Origin: an uncultured Acidobacteriota bacterium
GTDB taxonomy: Bacteria > Acidobacteriota > UBA6911 > RPQK01 > JAPXNP01
Direction of reading: 5' to 3'
Assembly (NCBI GenBank): GCA_963777605.1
Contig: CAVZRV010000007.1
Location: 992,001 to 1,056,000, forward strand
DNA: 64,000 nucleotides
In this document: positions 63,219 through 64,000 of the stretch, piece after piece
Numbering within the stretch: position 1 is the stretch's first letter
Layout: every line of letters starts with the position of its first letter
Notes under the pieces: generated by a model
What the model was told of the DNA's origin: nothing
Seen by the model: only the letters and a program-made list of their open reading frames with translations
Database searches by the model: none
Translations under genes and position numbers: made by a program

Positions 63219-64000
63219 AGCACTGGAAAGCGGCCATACCGGTCCTGCTCGTTCTCTGTGCTGCCTCCTACGGTATTTATCGTCACTTCTTGGAAGGCAG
63301 TTCCACTGCTCCCAAGTCTGGCGGGTCAAATTCCTCACAGCACTCACCAACGCCTCCAAAACCGGTTGCTCGAGTCAAGACTATGTTGCTGCGAAAAGGG
63401 GTCATCAACGAAGTCCTGACCGTGTACGGTTCGGTTGTGCCGGCTCCGGGTGCATTAAAGACCCTCTCTGTTCCTTACGAGTCTCAGGTGAAGCGGATCC
63501 TGGTCAGCAAAGGTCAGCAGGTATCAGAGGGGGAGCCTTTGGTTGAAGTAGAACCGAGCCCGGATACTTACCTGCAATTGCGCCAGGCACGTGACAATGC
63601 ACAGGTCGCGCGCCAGAGCCTGGATTATATGCAGCGGCGTTTCGACCTGAAGTTAGCGACCAACGACCAGTTGCTCCAGGCTAAGCAGGCGTTTAGCCAG
63701 GCCCAGCTCACACTTCAGAGTATGGTCGACAGAGGAGTGGACGGCCGCAAAGAGCTGAAGTCGGATATCGCTGGCCTTGTCGCTCAGATTTTTGTTCAGG
63801 AGGGAGCCATTGTTCCAGCTGGTCAGCGGATGATGGAGACCGTCGCCCAAGGCCGTCTCGAAATTAGGCTGGGAGTGGAACCGGAGGACATCAGCCATGT
63901 GAAGGTGGGTGGGCCGGTTTCACTATCCGATGTCAATGTGCCGGTGGCCAAGGCAACGGCTGGGCGAATCCGGACGATCTCTCAGGCAGTGAATCCTGCC
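63215..64000 (+). CDS. RND efflux periplasmic adaptor subunit, partial; runs off the window
   Basis: ATG overlaps the TolC stop; MKHWKAAIPVLLVLC TM; VYGSVVP..., VSKGQQVSEGEPL lipoyl-like half motif; frame open to the window end. Confidence 0.85.
   Translation, partial: MKHWKAAIPVLLVLCAASYGIYRHFLEGSSTAPKSGGSNSSQHSPTPPKPVARVKTMLLRKGVINEVLTVYGSVVPAPGALKTLSVPYESQVKRILVSKGQQVSEGEPLVEVEPSPDTYLQLRQARDNAQVARQSLDYMQRRFDLKLATNDQLLQAKQAFSQAQLTLQSMVDRGVDGRKELKSDIAGLVAQIFVQEGAIVPAGQRMMETVAQGRLEIRLGVEPEDISHVKVGGPVSLSDVNVPVAKATAGRIRTISQAVNPA

Overview
GC-rich bacterial chromosome segment, most likely from an Acidobacteriota genome (inferred from gene content and an Acidobacteria-type secreted domain). It probably comes from an error-prone long-read assembly, since many genes carry single frameshifts and there is a 389-nt poly-T run. 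From left to right: (i) a sigma54-type locus with two GcvH-fold proteins lacking the lipoyl lysine, a CxxCH-containing sensor kinase, an NtrC-family regulator and an archaemetzincin protease; (ii) a REP-associated tyrosine transposase (RAYT) between two arrays of ~71-bp double-hairpin repeats; (iii) housekeeping and accessory genes (GH151-like glycosidase, pentaheme cytochrome c, maeB, uup, M23 peptidase, GAF-PP2C phosphatase, RsmF-like methyltransferase); (iv) a sulfate activation and uptake cluster, cysD-cysNC-sbp-cysT-cysW-cysA-porin, in which CysA is fused to two USP domains; (v) acpS, pgeF, purE, purD, serS, a GntR regulator, add, a GT2, and sdhCAB; (vi) tRNA-Ser(TGA) carrying a decayed 13.3-kb integrative island (59-bp att repeat, truncated integrase, arm-type repeats, HNH nucleases, secreted proteins); (vii) the start of a TolC/RND efflux operon. 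The best candidates for an undescribed system are the lipoyl-less GcvH / heme-kinase / sigma54 / protease module and the RAYT-repeat array.
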